A stretch of DNA of 64,000 nucleotides. It comes from Candidatus Woesebacteria bacterium (GTDB lineage Bacteria > Patescibacteriota > Microgenomatia > UBA8517). The stretch spans positions 780,175 to 844,174 of the forward strand of contig CP065002.1 in NCBI GenBank assembly GCA_016700095.1, in the 5' to 3' direction. Below are positions 37,825 through 49,363 of this stretch, piece by piece. The notes beneath the pieces are model-generated. The model was given only the letters and a program-made list of their open reading frames with translations, was not told where the DNA came from and made no database searches. Position 1 is the first letter of the stretch, and each line of letters begins with the position of its first letter. The translations under genes were made by a program, and so were the position numbers.

Positions 37825-38880
37825 TCAATTACTTTTCCTTCGTGTATTGTTGGCTATTCCAAGAGCTGTCATCGTAGCTAAAAACGATGAACCACCCGCA
37901 CTAACCAATGGCAATGGTATTCCGGTTATCGGAAACAATCCCATATTCATCCCAATATTAAAAAATACCTGAAAAAAGAGAACTAGAAATATTCCGGACA
38001 CATATGATCGAGCAATAGGGTTTTGCGCAATTTCTAAAAAAACAGTCAATCTCCATAGTAGTGCAAAAAAGGATAGGACGAGAAGTGTTGTTCCGACAAA
38101 ACCGAGTTCTTCCGCAACCGAAGCCAATATGAAATCGTTATGTTTTTCGGGTAAAAAAGCAAGTTGAGTTTGTACGCCTTTACCCAAACCGCGACCAATC
38201 ACTCTTCCCGACCCTACGGAAATGATAGATTGAATACTGTTATACCCACTACCAAGAGGGTCGGTTGAAGGATTAATAAAAGTAAGTATGCGCACTTTTT
38301 GATAAGGTGCCATCACAAACCACAAAAGCGGAACGATAGCAATAAAAAATGCACCGAGTGTAAAGATATATTTTTTATTTATCGAGGAAGAAAGTAAAAC
38401 TCCCAAAAATGCAACCGTAGTTAAAACGGCAACCCCAAGCGAAGGCTGAACGATGATCAAGAAAACAGGTAACACAAGTGACAAACCGGATTTAATTAAC
38501 CTCGTGAAAGTCAATGTTCCTTGATTAAGATATACTGCAAAAAATAAAACCAGGAAGGGCCTGACAATTTCCGATGGTTGAATAGCAACCGCACCAAGCG
38601 GTATCCAGCGGACTGCACCTCGTGTTATCTCTCCAATAAGAAGCGGTAGTAAAAGCAAAATTATCGAAAAAACGTAAATATGTTTATAAAACACAACCAA
38701 AATATTGAAATCGAATTTACTAAACATGAAATAAATCGCAAAGCCGGTTAAAATGTAGATAAAATAAACGGGGAAAATGCTTTGCGATATCGATCTTAAA
38801 ACTCCAATACTAATCGCAACTAAAAAAAAGATAGCTAAAGAAAGAACAACATCAACAAAAGATTGTCTGGTTTTGTGCAT
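37825..38880 (-). CDS. rodA: SEDS-family peptidoglycan glycosyltransferase (FtsW/RodA/SpoVE), probably RodA
   Basis: 10-TM SEDS pattern. Conserved periplasmic loop ...QSIISVGSGRVIGRGLGKGVQTQLAFLPEKHNDFI. The start was reassigned to the ATG at 38880, which overlaps the ileS stop (TAATG). Confidence 0.65.
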   Translation of the reverse strand: MHKTRQSFVDVVLSLAIFFLVAISIGVLRSISQSIFPVYFIYILTGFAIYFMFSKFDFNILVVFYKHIYVFSIILLLLPLLIGEITRGAVRWIPLGAVAIQPSEIVRPFLVLFFAVYLNQGTLTFTRLIKSGLSLVLPVFLIIVQPSLGVAVLTTVAFLGVLLSSSINKKYIFTLGAFFIAIVPLLWFVMAPYQKVRILTFINPSTDPLGSGYNSIQSIISVGSGRVIGRGLGKGVQTQLAFLPEKHNDFILASVAEELGFVGTTLLVLSFFALLWRLTVFLEIAQNPIARSYVSGIFLVLFFQVFFNIGMNMGLFPITGIPLPLVSAGGSSFLATMTALGIANNTRRKSN

Positions 38881-41819
38881 TAAGATTCTAATCTTACTCT
38901 GAATTCTCCGTGTGATAAACTTGCGACAAGCGCTTTGTTTTTTAACTGCAAAATCGCTTTTTCGTCTTCGGGAATCCACGGACTGGTTACCCTAACCAAT
39001 TGCTCGAGACCAATACCAAGTTTTTTGCGTTCATTTTGAATATTGCGCAGTAATTCACGTGCTTTCATTTCGTTTTCGAGGTCTTGGGTTAAAGTTGTAT
39101 CAAGTTGTATTTCGAGTTTCTCGGATTTACTCCACACAATATTTTTTACATTTAATTCATCTTTTGCCAAAGTTAGTAATTGTTCATCCGGCTTTAATGC
39201 CGGAGAAAATACTTCCAGTTTGATAAGTGGCCGTCTAACCGGCAAGTCATTTTCTTTTCTCGACGAATGTGCCGCCTCGACTACAGAGCGAATTATGTCC
39301 ATATGTAAAATTAAGTCTTTGTCGTTTTCAGCAAGTTTATTGGATTTTGGCCAATCGGCGAGATGAACCGACTCGTTACCGGTTAAGTTTTTATACATCG
39401 AGTCGGTGAGAAATGGTGTAAAAGGAGCCATCAGAAGACATATATGAATCAGCGTATCATAAAGCGTCTGGAAAAATGCCGTTTTATCGGAATCTGAATC
39501 ATCAGCCCAAATTCGATCTCTGGATCTTCGCACATACCAATTCGATAAATCGTCGACGAATTTTTCAATAACTGAGGTTGCATGAAAAGCATCATAGGCG
39601 TCTAGTTGGTTGGTAACTTCTTCAATCACCTTATTTAATCGTGCTGTTATCCACACATCAAGAACGTTTGTCGATTCGGTGGAAGTTGTTGCCGGGGACC
39701 AATTTTCTTTATTTGCATATGTCACAAAGTAGTTGTAAACATTCCATATTTTTAATATGAACTGGCGCCTGACTTCATCTGCGTATTTATAGCCGAAAAG
39801 CAAATTCTCCATTGGATTTTGTCTGGCGTAAATCCAACGGATTACATCCGCTCCCATTTTGTCCGCACCTTCTTCAAACTCAATCGAATTTCCCCAACTT
39901 TTATGCATTGCGCGTCCGGATTCATCCAGAAGTGTCGCAAACCCGAGAACTGATTTGAAAGGTCTTTCATTCTCCAAAACGGTGCTCATGGCGATCATGG
40001 AATAAAACCAATTTTTAAATTGTCCCGGAAAACTTTCGGTTATGAAATCAACCGGAAACCATTTGCGCCACATTTTTTTGTCATGATGATAAAGTGGTTT
40101 TTCTTTGTTGTCTTGAGCAATTGTCGAATACATAACTATGCCGGCATCGAGCCACGGATTGCCAACCGGTTCAATCCGAGACATCACTTCACCGCATTTG
40201 CTACAAATAATTTTTATTTCATCAATTTGCGGTTTATGTGGTGATTTACCCGTAAATTTATCCCAACCTTTACATGCCTTTTTTTCCAACTCATCCTTAC
40301 CCCCGATTACTTCAAAATGCTTACATGACTTACATTCCCAAATGGGCAAGCTCAATCCCCAGTACCGGTTTTTCTTGCTAATTAACCAGTCGTGCATATT
40401 GGTTAGCCAATCCAGTTCTCTTTTTAGTCCAAAATCGGGAATCCATGTAATCAACTTGGTTACATCGATCATGCGTTCCCGAAGCGTTTTACCACCTTCA
40501 ATACTAGAAGGCTTGTCCATTGCTATATACCACTCATCGGTTACTTTCCAGACAAGTTCGGTTTTACACCTCCAACACCCGGGGTAACGGTGTTTAATTT
40601 TTTCAATTTTAAACACCCAATCAACACCCTCTTTTTTATCTTCACTTGTAAGATAGTCAAGAATTATCTCGGGATGTTTTTTTGCGTTTTTACCACTGAG
40701 GAAACCGAAACCATCCAGATAACTTGCATCGTCTTTGATAACCGGTATCATAGGAAGACCCAGTTGCTTACCTAATTTGAAATCTTCTGTTCCCGCACTT
40801 ACGGCAGTGTGTACTATGCCAGTCCCTTCGAGTTGGGATATGGGCATAATCCGACTATCTGTAGCTACTACGATATGAAATTTATCACCATTTTCAGTCA
40901 TTACTTTAGTAACGGCGGGTAAAGTGTCAAATGGAGCACGATATTTTTTGCCAACCAAGAATTTGCCTTTGACGGTTGTAAGTATTTTGTAATTATCCAG
41001 GAAAACTCTTTCTACCGCCTCGCTTGCCAACCAGAACTTATCTTTCGTTTTTCCCTCAACCAAAGAATAATCAAGCTTGGCGTCAACGGCCAATGCAATA
41101 TTTGCAGGAATTGTCCAAGGTGTCGTTGTCCAAACCAAGAAAAATTCCCTGTTCTCGCCGACCAATGGAAGTTCAAAATATATCGAATCGTGAACCACTT
41201 CTTTGTAATCTTCGGTTAGCATTTCATGTTGGCTAATCGCCGTTTCACATCGCGGGCACCATGGAACCGAATCGTTTCCTTTATATAACCACCCATTGTC
41301 ATTACACACTTTCAAAAAATGCCAAATCATGTAATTATTTTCGTCACTCATCGTATAATATGAGTTTTCCCAATCCATAAAATAACCCAACCGCTTGCTT
41401 TGATCGGTTTGAATTTTTGAATACTTCATTACGCGTTCTTTGCACTTTTGTACAAATTTATCTATTCCATATTTTTCAATATCTTTTTTTGTCGTAAAGC
41501 CCAATTCTTTCTCTACTTCTACTTCCACCCATAACCCCTGCGAATCAAATCCGTTCTGAAATCTCTGTTTGAACCCCTGCATGTTTTTGTAGCGTTGCCA
41601 TAAATCTTTATATGTTCTTCCCCAAGCATGATGTACACCCATCGGATTATTCGCTGTAATTGGTCCATCCTGAAAAGAGAAGGTTTTTGGGGAAGCAGAA
41701 TTCTTTGCTAAATATTTATCGACAATTCCATCGTTATACCACTGGTCGAGAAGTTTCTTTTCCAATTCTACAAAATTAACGTTAAGGTCAACTGGAGAAT
41801 AGCGTTTATTTTTTGTCAT
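38880..41819 (-). CDS. ileS: Isoleucine--tRNA ligase
   Basis: 979-aa class I aaRS with an editing domain. HIGH-region analogue (GVHHAWGRTYKDL), a KMSKS-like motif (GRAMHKSWGN), and a zinc-finger Cys cluster. Confidence 0.9.
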   Translation of the reverse strand: MTKNKRYSPVDLNVNFVELEKKLLDQWYNDGIVDKYLAKNSASPKTFSFQDGPITANNPMGVHHAWGRTYKDLWQRYKNMQGFKQRFQNGFDSQGLWVEVEVEKELGFTTKKDIEKYGIDKFVQKCKERVMKYSKIQTDQSKRLGYFMDWENSYYTMSDENNYMIWHFLKVCNDNGWLYKGNDSVPWCPRCETAISQHEMLTEDYKEVVHDSIYFELPLVGENREFFLVWTTTPWTIPANIALAVDAKLDYSLVEGKTKDKFWLASEAVERVFLDNYKILTTVKGKFLVGKKYRAPFDTLPAVTKVMTENGDKFHIVVATDSRIMPISQLEGTGIVHTAVSAGTEDFKLGKQLGLPMIPVIKDDASYLDGFGFLSGKNAKKHPEIILDYLTSEDKKEGVDWVFKIEKIKHRYPGCWRCKTELVWKVTDEWYIAMDKPSSIEGGKTLRERMIDVTKLITWIPDFGLKRELDWLTNMHDWLISKKNRYWGLSLPIWECKSCKHFEVIGGKDELEKKACKGWDKFTGKSPHKPQIDEIKIICSKCGEVMSRIEPVGNPWLDAGIVMYSTIAQDNKEKPLYHHDKKMWRKWFPVDFITESFPGQFKNWFYSMIAMSTVLENERPFKSVLGFATLLDESGRAMHKSWGNSIEFEEGADKMGADVIRWIYARQNPMENLLFGYKYADEVRRQFILKIWNVYNYFVTYANKENWSPATTSTESTNVLDVWITARLNKVIEEVTNQLDAYDAFHATSVIEKFVDDLSNWYVRRSRDRIWADDSDSDKTAFFQTLYDTLIHICLLMAPFTPFLTDSMYKNLTGNESVHLADWPKSNKLAENDKDLILHMDIIRSVVEAAHSSRKENDLPVRRPLIKLEVFSPALKPDEQLLTLAKDELNVKNIVWSKSEKLEIQLDTTLTQDLENEMKARELLRNIQNERKKLGIGLEQLVRVTSPWIPEDEKAILQLKNKALVASLSHGEFRVRLES

Positions 41820-42306
41820 AAGTTATATCGCCAATTGTACTACAATCTGAGCTTAAAATGATACTAATAGTACGTAACTGCCACAACATGCTTTGCAGGA
41901 CAACTCTCTACATTCTACACCCGAGAGGTTACCAAAGACTTTGGTTTGTTAACAAAAGTATAACTTATAAATTCCTCCTACTACTAAACTTACCGGTTTC
42001 TGAAATATAAGATTGGTAGTTTTTGTCGGGAAATAAGAAACTGGACAAGTGTATAAGGAATTATTACGAAACGTTGTTTTGAGTGAAAAATATTTTCCAC
42101 GTCTCATCTAATTCGACTTTCAGATTTAATGAAACAGTGTATCACCATAAATTACTAAACATATTGAAAGTGAAATTTAGTAAGTTGAAAACATTAACTA
42201 TATCATTTGGAAGTTATGTCAATGTTCGCTATAACCGTGGTTAATAAAAACTCGTGCACAGCAAAATATCAAGAAGACGTGATAGTGTGTAAAATAGCTT
42301 AGAGCC

Positions 42307-43494
42307 TCATTGAATCTTGCGTAAAAAGGCGGGTATCTCAAATGCCTCACCAAACTCATCCTCGTCATCCGATGAGTTACTTTTTGTATTATTTTCTTCA
42401 TCCGATTTATCAAAATCGGTTTTCTCACTATTGGTATCTTCGGTTGAATTATCTTTCGTAGACGTGGTTTTATCACTAACTATACCGGAAATTTTTGGAG
42501 AATCTGACAGCTTGCCGAAATTTGCAAGTCTAGCTTGAGCTTCATCAAAACCAGTCGCAATAACGGTAATTTTTATTTGATCGGCAAGGTCCGGCTTAAC
42601 TACGGCCCCAAAAATAATATTTGCATCGGTGTCAACAGAACTTGATATTGCGCGTGCGGCTTCGTCAACCTCAAACATTGTCATATCGTTTCCTCCGGTT
42701 ATATTAAAAAGAACTCCGGTTGCTCCATCGATAGAAAGATCTAGAAGTGGAGATGCAATTGCCGCTCGTGCCGCCATCTGAGCACGGTTTTCACCTACCC
42801 CGCTACCAATACCAAGCAGGGCTGTACCCGCATTAGACATAATTGATTTTACGTCCGCAAAATCAACGTTAATAAGCCCCGGCGTAGTTATGATATCTGC
42901 AATTCCGCCCACCGCTTGTCCGAGTACTGAGTCAGCAACTTTAAACGCCTCGACGAGGGTCATCTTGCGGTCTATCACATCCATTAGTCGCTGATTCGGA
43001 ATCACGATCAAGGTATCAACTTCTTCACGCAACTCCTCAATGCCTTCTTCAGCTACTACACCTCGTCTTGTTCCCTCGAAAGCAAACGGTCTGGTAACTA
43101 CACCCACTGTCAACGCACCCGCTTCTTTTGCGAGCTTAGCAACAATCGGAGATGCACCCGTCCCCGTACCCCCACCCATTCCGGCGGTAACAAAAACCAT
43201 ATCGGAATCGATTAATAATTCTTTTATTTTTTCTTGTGATTCCTCGGCTGCTTGAGCGCCTATCTCAGGTCTTCCTCCCGCACCCAATCCTTTGGTTAAC
43301 TTCTCACCGATTTGAAGTTTCGTTGGTGATTTATTCGATAAAAGTACCTGTGCATCGGTGTTTACTACAATAAACTCGACTCCCTGAATATCATTACTCT
43401 CCACCATTGAAGCTACTGCGTTACCACCACCTCCACCAAGACCAATTACCTTGATTTTTGCTATTCTTGCAGAGTCCGGTTTTACTAATGCCAT
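42307..43494 (-). CDS. ftsZ: Cell division GTPase FtsZ
   Basis: GGGTGTG tubulin signature ([13 protein letters not shown]), T7 loop, and an acidic C-terminal tail ...[19 protein letters not shown]. Confidence 0.95.
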   Translation of the reverse strand: MALVKPDSARIAKIKVIGLGGGGGNAVASMVESNDIQGVEFIVVNTDAQVLLSNKSPTKLQIGEKLTKGLGAGGRPEIGAQAAEESQEKIKELLIDSDMVFVTAGMGGGTGTGASPIVAKLAKEAGALTVGVVTRPFAFEGTRRGVVAEEGIEELREEVDTLIVIPNQRLMDVIDRKMTLVEAFKVADSVLGQAVGGIADIITTPGLINVDFADVKSIMSNAGTALLGIGSGVGENRAQMAARAAIASPLLDLSIDGATGVLFNITGGNDMTMFEVDEAARAISSSVDTDANIIFGAVVKPDLADQIKITVIATGFDEAQARLANFGKLSDSPKISGIVSDKTTSTKDNSTEDTNSEKTDFDKSDEENNTKSNSSDDEDEFGEAFEIPAFLRKIQ

Positions 43495-43594
43495 GGCGTT
43501 ATAAATTAAATAAGTCTATCAGTTTGGGCACATTCTATATTGGGCAGAATACAATTACAAGGGGCAGCTCTTTAGGGATATCTGGTTTACAATA

Positions 43595-44869
43595 TTAAGG
43601 GAGCAGATCTCTAACTGTATCAAATATTTTACCAAATATACCACTTGTAGGTACTTTGATTTTCTTTGTAATTGAGGATATCCCAGTAGCTTGTTCTTGT
43701 CTAGCCCCATATAGGACAAGACCGACACTTGACGAAAACGACGGTTGCATAACATCATCAACCAAACCGCCGATACCCTTAGGCTTACCGAGTCTAATTG
43801 GCAACGACAGCATTCTCTTGCCCGAATCAAGAGCACCCACAACTTCAGAACCACCGCCTGTTATGATGACACCCGAAGGAACGCGATTGTTTAGTTTTTC
43901 TTTCTCAAGTTGGAGTCTGACCATCGAAAATATTTCGTTGAGTCGTGGCCTGATTATGCCTTCTGTCAGTGTTTTCCTTGAAACTTTTCGATTGAGCTCA
44001 ACACCAAGTTTTGACAAATCTATTTGGTCTTCTTCGCTGGAAAGTTTCTGTTTTGTACTTTTTGTATTCTCGGATAACCAGAGTTTAATCTTTTCGGCAT
44101 TATCAAGTGAAACTCTCAAACCAATCGCCAAATCATTAGTCACATTTCTTGATCCTATGGGAATAACACCGGAATATGCCAAGGCGCCATCAATATAGGC
44201 AACAATCGACGTCATCCCCCCACCAATATCGACAAGTACACAACCAAGTTCTTTTTCCGTTTTAGTTAACGTAGATCTGGCTGCCGACAAACCGGTGAAA
44301 ACCAAACCATCAATTTCAATACCCACTTCATTGATCGCTTTGCGTAAATTTTTTACGGCAGCACTGGAAGCTGTGACGAGGTGGGTATGAACTTCAAGAC
44401 GAACTCCGCTCATACCTATCGGATCTTTGACGCCGGATTCACCGTCTACGACAAATTCACGCGGGATAACGTGAATTACTTCGCGCGAGGAAGGAAGTGA
44501 TACGGCACTTGCCGCTTCAATCACACGATCGACATCAGCTTCATTAACCTCGCCATCCGGGTCTGATATTGCAACCACACCATGTGAATTTTGTGAAGAA
44601 ATATGAGCTCCACCAAGAGCAATATACGCGCTATCGAGATTATACCCCGCCATGCGTTCCGCTTTCTCAACACTTTGAATTGTCGCCTCGACAGCTTCAT
44701 CTATATCGACTATTTGCCCTTTTCGAATTCCACTTGATTCAACAGAAGATGCACCAACGATATTTACCGCAGTTTCAAAACTAACCGGATCTTCTGTTAC
44801 TTGCGCAATAAGCGTTACTATTTTTGAGGACCCCAATTCGATTCCAGCTACTATTTTTGATTTTGACAT
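43595..44869 (-). CDS. ftsA: Cell division protein FtsA
   Basis: Actin-fold ATPase. N-terminal ...VAGIELGSSKIV... and its position next to ftsZ. Confidence 0.9.
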   Translation of the reverse strand: MSKSKIVAGIELGSSKIVTLIAQVTEDPVSFETAVNIVGASSVESSGIRKGQIVDIDEAVEATIQSVEKAERMAGYNLDSAYIALGGAHISSQNSHGVVAISDPDGEVNEADVDRVIEAASAVSLPSSREVIHVIPREFVVDGESGVKDPIGMSGVRLEVHTHLVTASSAAVKNLRKAINEVGIEIDGLVFTGLSAARSTLTKTEKELGCVLVDIGGGMTSIVAYIDGALAYSGVIPIGSRNVTNDLAIGLRVSLDNAEKIKLWLSENTKSTKQKLSSEEDQIDLSKLGVELNRKVSRKTLTEGIIRPRLNEIFSMVRLQLEKEKLNNRVPSGVIITGGGSEVVGALDSGKRMLSLPIRLGKPKGIGGLVDDVMQPSFSSSVGLVLYGARQEQATGISSITKKIKVPTSGIFGKIFDTVRDLLP

Positions 44870-44875
44870 ATATTT

Positions 44876-45571
44876 CTATCTTAACACCAGATTTTTAAAA
44901 CGGAAGTCGATTTCCGATATATTTAATACTTCTTCAATTCTAAAGTCTTCACCTTCTTGTTTCAAGCGGCTTAAAACAAGAACCGTCGAACCCAAAAGTA
45001 CATCAATGTCTCCTTGAGTCGGATAAACAAGGTCAGGTTTGTCTTTAATTTTGACAACCAGTTTATCGGTATCCAGTTTTGCGTTATCGATTTCATATGA
45101 TTGCTTTAGTCGAGCAACCAAACTACTGCAAAAAAGAATTTCTTTATTTACATTTGCGCCAATCTCCGGAACTCCACCTAATATTTCGAGAACCGGAAGT
45201 GCGGTTAAATCAGTATACGACAATACTCTCCCCGATTCGTCAATAAGAATAAAAATGTTTTTTTCTTTTTCGTATAATGCGAATCTTGTGGTATTTTCGA
45301 TAATCGAAACATCAAGTGTCGACGGTAGTTTATATCTTATAGCATAATCTTGAATTAAGTAATTGGCACTTAGCACTTCATTTGCTTTTCTTTTGGCAGC
45401 TTTTAGATGTAAAGACTTACTTGTATCAAGAGAGCTTAAAATGTGTTCTCCGCACGCTCCAAACTGCGTTTTGCAATTTATGTTATCAATAACAATACTC
45501 CTGGGTACAAAGTACAAGGAAGAAAAAAATATTATCAAGACGATAACAAAGTAAACGTAATTTGTTTTCAC
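44876..45571 (-). CDS. FtsQ/DivIB-like cell division protein (single TM plus POTRA-like region)
   Basis: Assigned from architecture and conserved position between murG and ftsA. Sequence similarity is not independently recognised. Confidence 0.5.
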   Translation of the reverse strand: MKTNYVYFVIVLIIFFSSLYFVPRSIVIDNINCKTQFGACGEHILSSLDTSKSLHLKAAKRKANEVLSANYLIQDYAIRYKLPSTLDVSIIENTTRFALYEKEKNIFILIDESGRVLSYTDLTALPVLEILGGVPEIGANVNKEILFCSSLVARLKQSYEIDNAKLDTDKLVVKIKDKPDLVYPTQGDIDVLLGSTVLVLSRLKQEGEDFRIEEVLNISEIDFRFKNLVLR

Positions 45572-46737
45572 TTCATGACCTCCGTTATCACATCAATTAG
45601 CTTGTGTGAAGCATGCATGTCTAAAGTAGCAAGATCGCGTACCTGCGATTGTATTTTTCTATACCATGTACTTTTCGTGTGATCGATTGCATGATTAAGT
45701 TTTTCCGTTGTTAAATCTTTTGGCAGTATAACTTCTACCAGATTTCTTTTTTGGGCATCGTTTGCATTTAATACCTGCTCTTGATAATTGGTCCACGTCA
45801 AAGGAATAAGAATCGCCGGAATTCCGACAATCATAATTTCTGAAACTGTATTGGCACCGGCTCTACCTATGAGAATATCCGATTTTTCATAAAATCCCGG
45901 TACATCAATGGGGTCAATAAATTGATACACATGGTAACGTTTTCGTACTTTGATTGATAGTTTTTCTTTAACTTGTCGAAACTTGCCGTAATCCAAATCA
46001 CCCGTATGATGATAAACGGTATAGTTAGCTAGAAGGTTGGGCAACAATTTTTCTATAACCGCATTTATCATTTGTGAACCTCTTGATCCGGCAAAGATAA
46101 AAATTGCCGGCGGGGTGTGCATTTTTTTCTTCGCGTCAAGTTGTATTATTTCGGAGTTAACCGGATTGCCGATTAATACGCCTTTACCCTTGGCGTATTT
46201 TAGTCCTTCTTTCCTTGCCAACGCGACCCTGTCGGCAAATGGTAAAGACATGCGATTGGCAAAACCTAGTCCCGTTATTTGTTCTTGTATAACCACGGGA
46301 ACACGTAACAAAAATGCTGCCACTACAACAGGAAAACCCGCATATCCTCCGAAAGACAATACAAGGCTCGGTTTAATATTTTTTAATAACAAAAAAGCAT
46401 GGACGAAACCGAATGGAATTTTTGCTAAAGAAACTAGCGTATATCTCGACCATTTACGTTGTAATTTTCCCGCTATCAAACCATGAAATTTAACATCAAT
46501 TTGGGGCATTGTTTTTGCTTCGATTGTTAACGTCTTTTTACCCTCAACCGCATATTTTGTTCCAATCCAATGAAGCTGCCAATTCAGCTTGCTTTTTTTT
46601 ATTTCTTTTATGACTGCAAGTGCGGTCGTGCCGGCATGTCCACCCGTTGCAACAATTACTTTTTCGCGGCTTACTTTGTCTGTGCGAGAGTTGTGTATTT
46701 TTCGAAATGACATCCCAATTTTATTTTTTTTGTTCAT
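45568..46737 (-). CDS. murG: Undecaprenyldiphospho-muramoylpentapeptide beta-N-acetylglucosaminyltransferase MurG
   Basis: Glycine-rich N-terminus (ATGGHAGT) and a C-terminal UDP-sugar binding region ...RAGANTVSEIMIVGIPAILIP. The start is probably internal to the ORF-track call. Confidence 0.8.
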   Translation of the reverse strand: MNKKNKIGMSFRKIHNSRTDKVSREKVIVATGGHAGTTALAVIKEIKKSKLNWQLHWIGTKYAVEGKKTLTIEAKTMPQIDVKFHGLIAGKLQRKWSRYTLVSLAKIPFGFVHAFLLLKNIKPSLVLSFGGYAGFPVVVAAFLLRVPVVIQEQITGLGFANRMSLPFADRVALARKEGLKYAKGKGVLIGNPVNSEIIQLDAKKKMHTPPAIFIFAGSRGSQMINAVIEKLLPNLLANYTVYHHTGDLDYGKFRQVKEKLSIKVRKRYHVYQFIDPIDVPGFYEKSDILIGRAGANTVSEIMIVGIPAILIPLTWTNYQEQVLNANDAQKRNLVEVILPKDLTTEKLNHAIDHTKSTWYRKIQSQVRDLATLDMHASHKLIDVITEVMK

Positions 46738-46779
46738 ACATACTTAAGTTTTTATTCATCGAAAATATTTGAGCAAGTG

Positions 46780-47964
46780 TTATTTTATACGTCTTTTTTG
46801 CGTTTTTACATTTGCAAACTTGGAAATATTTAACAGTATACCAGTTCCGGTCAGCACTGCCGTCAATGAAGACCCACCATATGAAATAAACGGCAATGGT
46901 ATGCCCGTCAAGGGAACCAGAGAAACCATGGCGGCAATATTAACAAACGCTTGTCCACCGATCCAGGCAACAATTCCGATTGCAAGTACTCTTGAAAAAA
47001 TGTCGGGGGCTTCATAGGCAATTTTTATTCCACGAATTACAAAATACACAATTATACTAATTAATATAAGAGCACCCACAAATCCTACTTCTTCGGCAAT
47101 CACGGCAAATATCGAATCATTTGCGGCTTCGGGAAGAAACAGATACTTCTGGCGTGATTGACCCAATCCCACACCAAACATGCCACCAGACCCGAGAGCG
47201 TACAAAATTTGTCTGATGTGATAACCCTTACCCAGAGGATCGGCTGTTTGTTCGAGAAATGTAACCAGTCTGTCTTTTCGGTATGGTGACATTACAATAA
47301 GGAGTAACCCCATACAAAAGGCAACAACACCAGTGATAAATATTTTTATTAAATCCTGTCCCGCAATAAATATCTGAGAAAATCCGATAATTACAAGCAC
47401 GATTGTGGTACCCAAATCAGGTTCAAGCATAATTAAACCCGCAACTAAACCAATGGGGACAAAATAAGACATCGCTTTTTTGTTACTTTCAGCAACTTTA
47501 GCCAAATACATAATTAACGTAATTTTTGCCAACTCCGATGGTTGAAAAGTAAATCCGCCAATGACAATCCAGCGTCGTGCGCCAAGTAAATTCGGGGCAA
47601 AATATGGAATTAATACCATAATTAGGAGTATTACTGTAATGCCAAAAAGAGGCGTTGCCACCTTTGACCATAATTTATAATTTAGGTGAGACGTGACAAT
47701 TAGTCCGCCAATTCCGATGACACTCCAGACGGCTTGTTGTTTTAGAAAATAATATTTGTCGGAAAATGTCGAAAGAGCACTGGGAGCTGAAGCATCGGCA
47801 ACCGCAACAAGTCCGATCAAAGTAAGTGTTAAGGCAGAAAACAGTAATTTACGATCCATTTTCCCCACCGCCAATTTTACTTTTTTTGTTTTTCTATGCA
47901 TTTTCAATTCTAAATAATTATAGCAAGTATTACGCAACCAATTAACCGACTTGGCAATATACAT
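46780..47964 (-). CDS. ftsW: Lipid II flippase/peptidoglycan polymerase FtsW (SEDS)
   Basis: SEDS fold. Lies between mraY and murG as in canonical dcw clusters. The start is likely at a downstream Met (MDRKLLF). Confidence 0.8.
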   Translation of the reverse strand: MYIAKSVNWLRNTCYNYLELKMHRKTKKVKLAVGKMDRKLLFSALTLTLIGLVAVADASAPSALSTFSDKYYFLKQQAVWSVIGIGGLIVTSHLNYKLWSKVATPLFGITVILLIMVLIPYFAPNLLGARRWIVIGGFTFQPSELAKITLIMYLAKVAESNKKAMSYFVPIGLVAGLIMLEPDLGTTIVLVIIGFSQIFIAGQDLIKIFITGVVAFCMGLLLIVMSPYRKDRLVTFLEQTADPLGKGYHIRQILYALGSGGMFGVGLGQSRQKYLFLPEAANDSIFAVIAEEVGFVGALILISIIVYFVIRGIKIAYEAPDIFSRVLAIGIVAWIGGQAFVNIAAMVSLVPLTGIPLPFISYGGSSLTAVLTGTGILLNISKFANVKTQKRRIK

Positions 47965-48043
47965 GATAGGCGTTCAAGTAATAAGCTCTTGAAAGATTTG
48001 TGAGAAACGTTAAAAAAGAAGTCGCAAGCTGGTTTGTTTAAAT

Positions 48044-49102
48044 TTAAATTGTCGCAAGCCATACTCCAAATATTGCCAAGACAAGTCCTGCAAGCCAGGC
48101 TCGCATAACTATCTTTGGTTCCTCCCATCCTTTTGCCAAAAAAGCATGATGTATCGGAGCCAGTGGAAATATTGGTCTTTTCAATACTTTCCAACCGACA
48201 ATTTGAATAGCCGAAGAAGCCGCCTCCATTACAAAAATCCCACCTATCACAACAAGAGCAACAATACTTCCCGTAAGTAAGCCAATCAGTCCCAACATTG
48301 CACCAAACGCCAGCGCTCCGGTATCGCCAAGCATAATACGTGCCGGCCAAACATTGAAATACAAAAATGCAACCAGTGAGCCGATCGACAAAGCCATAAA
48401 AAGAGAAAGTGGCGTATCTAAACTATCGGCGGCAATTGCCGCGAAAGCGCTCAGGCAAATAACTAGTAAACCCGATGACAATCCGTCCAAACCATCGGTA
48501 ATGTTAAATGCATTCGAAAACGCAACAATAACGAAAGCGGCAAAAGGAATATATAAAAGTCCAAACGATATTTGCTCCTCTATTATGGGAAGGTAAACGT
48601 TATGAATTCCCAGGTGCGAATAAAGGACGTATCCGATTATCAGTGCGAATATTCCCTGCAAACCAAACTTAAATTTTCTACCTAAGCCGACCCACATTCC
48701 CAAAGCACCTTTTCTCATTTTGCCAAACATTTTTACCAAATCGTCCAATAATCCAAGTAAACCGAATGAAATAAAAGTGAAATAAATCACAAATAATTCG
48801 GCATTGATATTTTGATGAGCGGTTTTAATATGCACGCCCATATGATTCGCAAAAGGAAACATGCAATAAAAAATTACCGTGATAATAGTAACAAGTAATA
48901 TCCCTCCTCCAACCGGTGTTCCGGCTTTTTTGTCATGCAATTTATCAAAAAGTGGAATTTTACCTATATTTGGAGCTTCCTTCCTGCGGGTTAGTTTGAG
49001 CTTATAAAGTAAATCGATAAATGGAACGACTAAAGATCCTGTTATAAAAAACGAAAAAAGAATTAAACCCAAAGCCAAGGGCAATGTGTCGTATGGATTC
49101 AT
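48044..49102 (-). CDS. mraY: Phospho-N-acetylmuramoyl-pentapeptide transferase MraY
   Basis: NAFNITDGLDGLSSG and HHAFLAKGWEE motifs. 10 TM helices. Confidence 0.9.
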   Translation of the reverse strand: MNPYDTLPLALGLILFSFFITGSLVVPFIDLLYKLKLTRRKEAPNIGKIPLFDKLHDKKAGTPVGGGILLVTIITVIFYCMFPFANHMGVHIKTAHQNINAELFVIYFTFISFGLLGLLDDLVKMFGKMRKGALGMWVGLGRKFKFGLQGIFALIIGYVLYSHLGIHNVYLPIIEEQISFGLLYIPFAAFVIVAFSNAFNITDGLDGLSSGLLVICLSAFAAIAADSLDTPLSLFMALSIGSLVAFLYFNVWPARIMLGDTGALAFGAMLGLIGLLTGSIVALVVIGGIFVMEAASSAIQIVGWKVLKRPIFPLAPIHHAFLAKGWEEPKIVMRAWLAGLVLAIFGVWLATI

Positions 49103-49363
49103 GTTTAGTATTATAACTAATAATTCTTATTAATTACACTTAACGTTGGGTACCAATATCACAAATGTGTAAAATTAAACAAGGTGCTACACATACCGCT
49201 TATGACCCCACGGCTTACCTTTTCCTCACTACTTGGAAGACCTTTACTATCACCTTTTACACAATCGTCGTCTTGGGAATTCTCCCGAAGTTAGTTAGAT
49301 CAATCGGAATAATGGGAAAAAATGACTCAAGCTTACACATAATTACGTTAATATATTTATAGA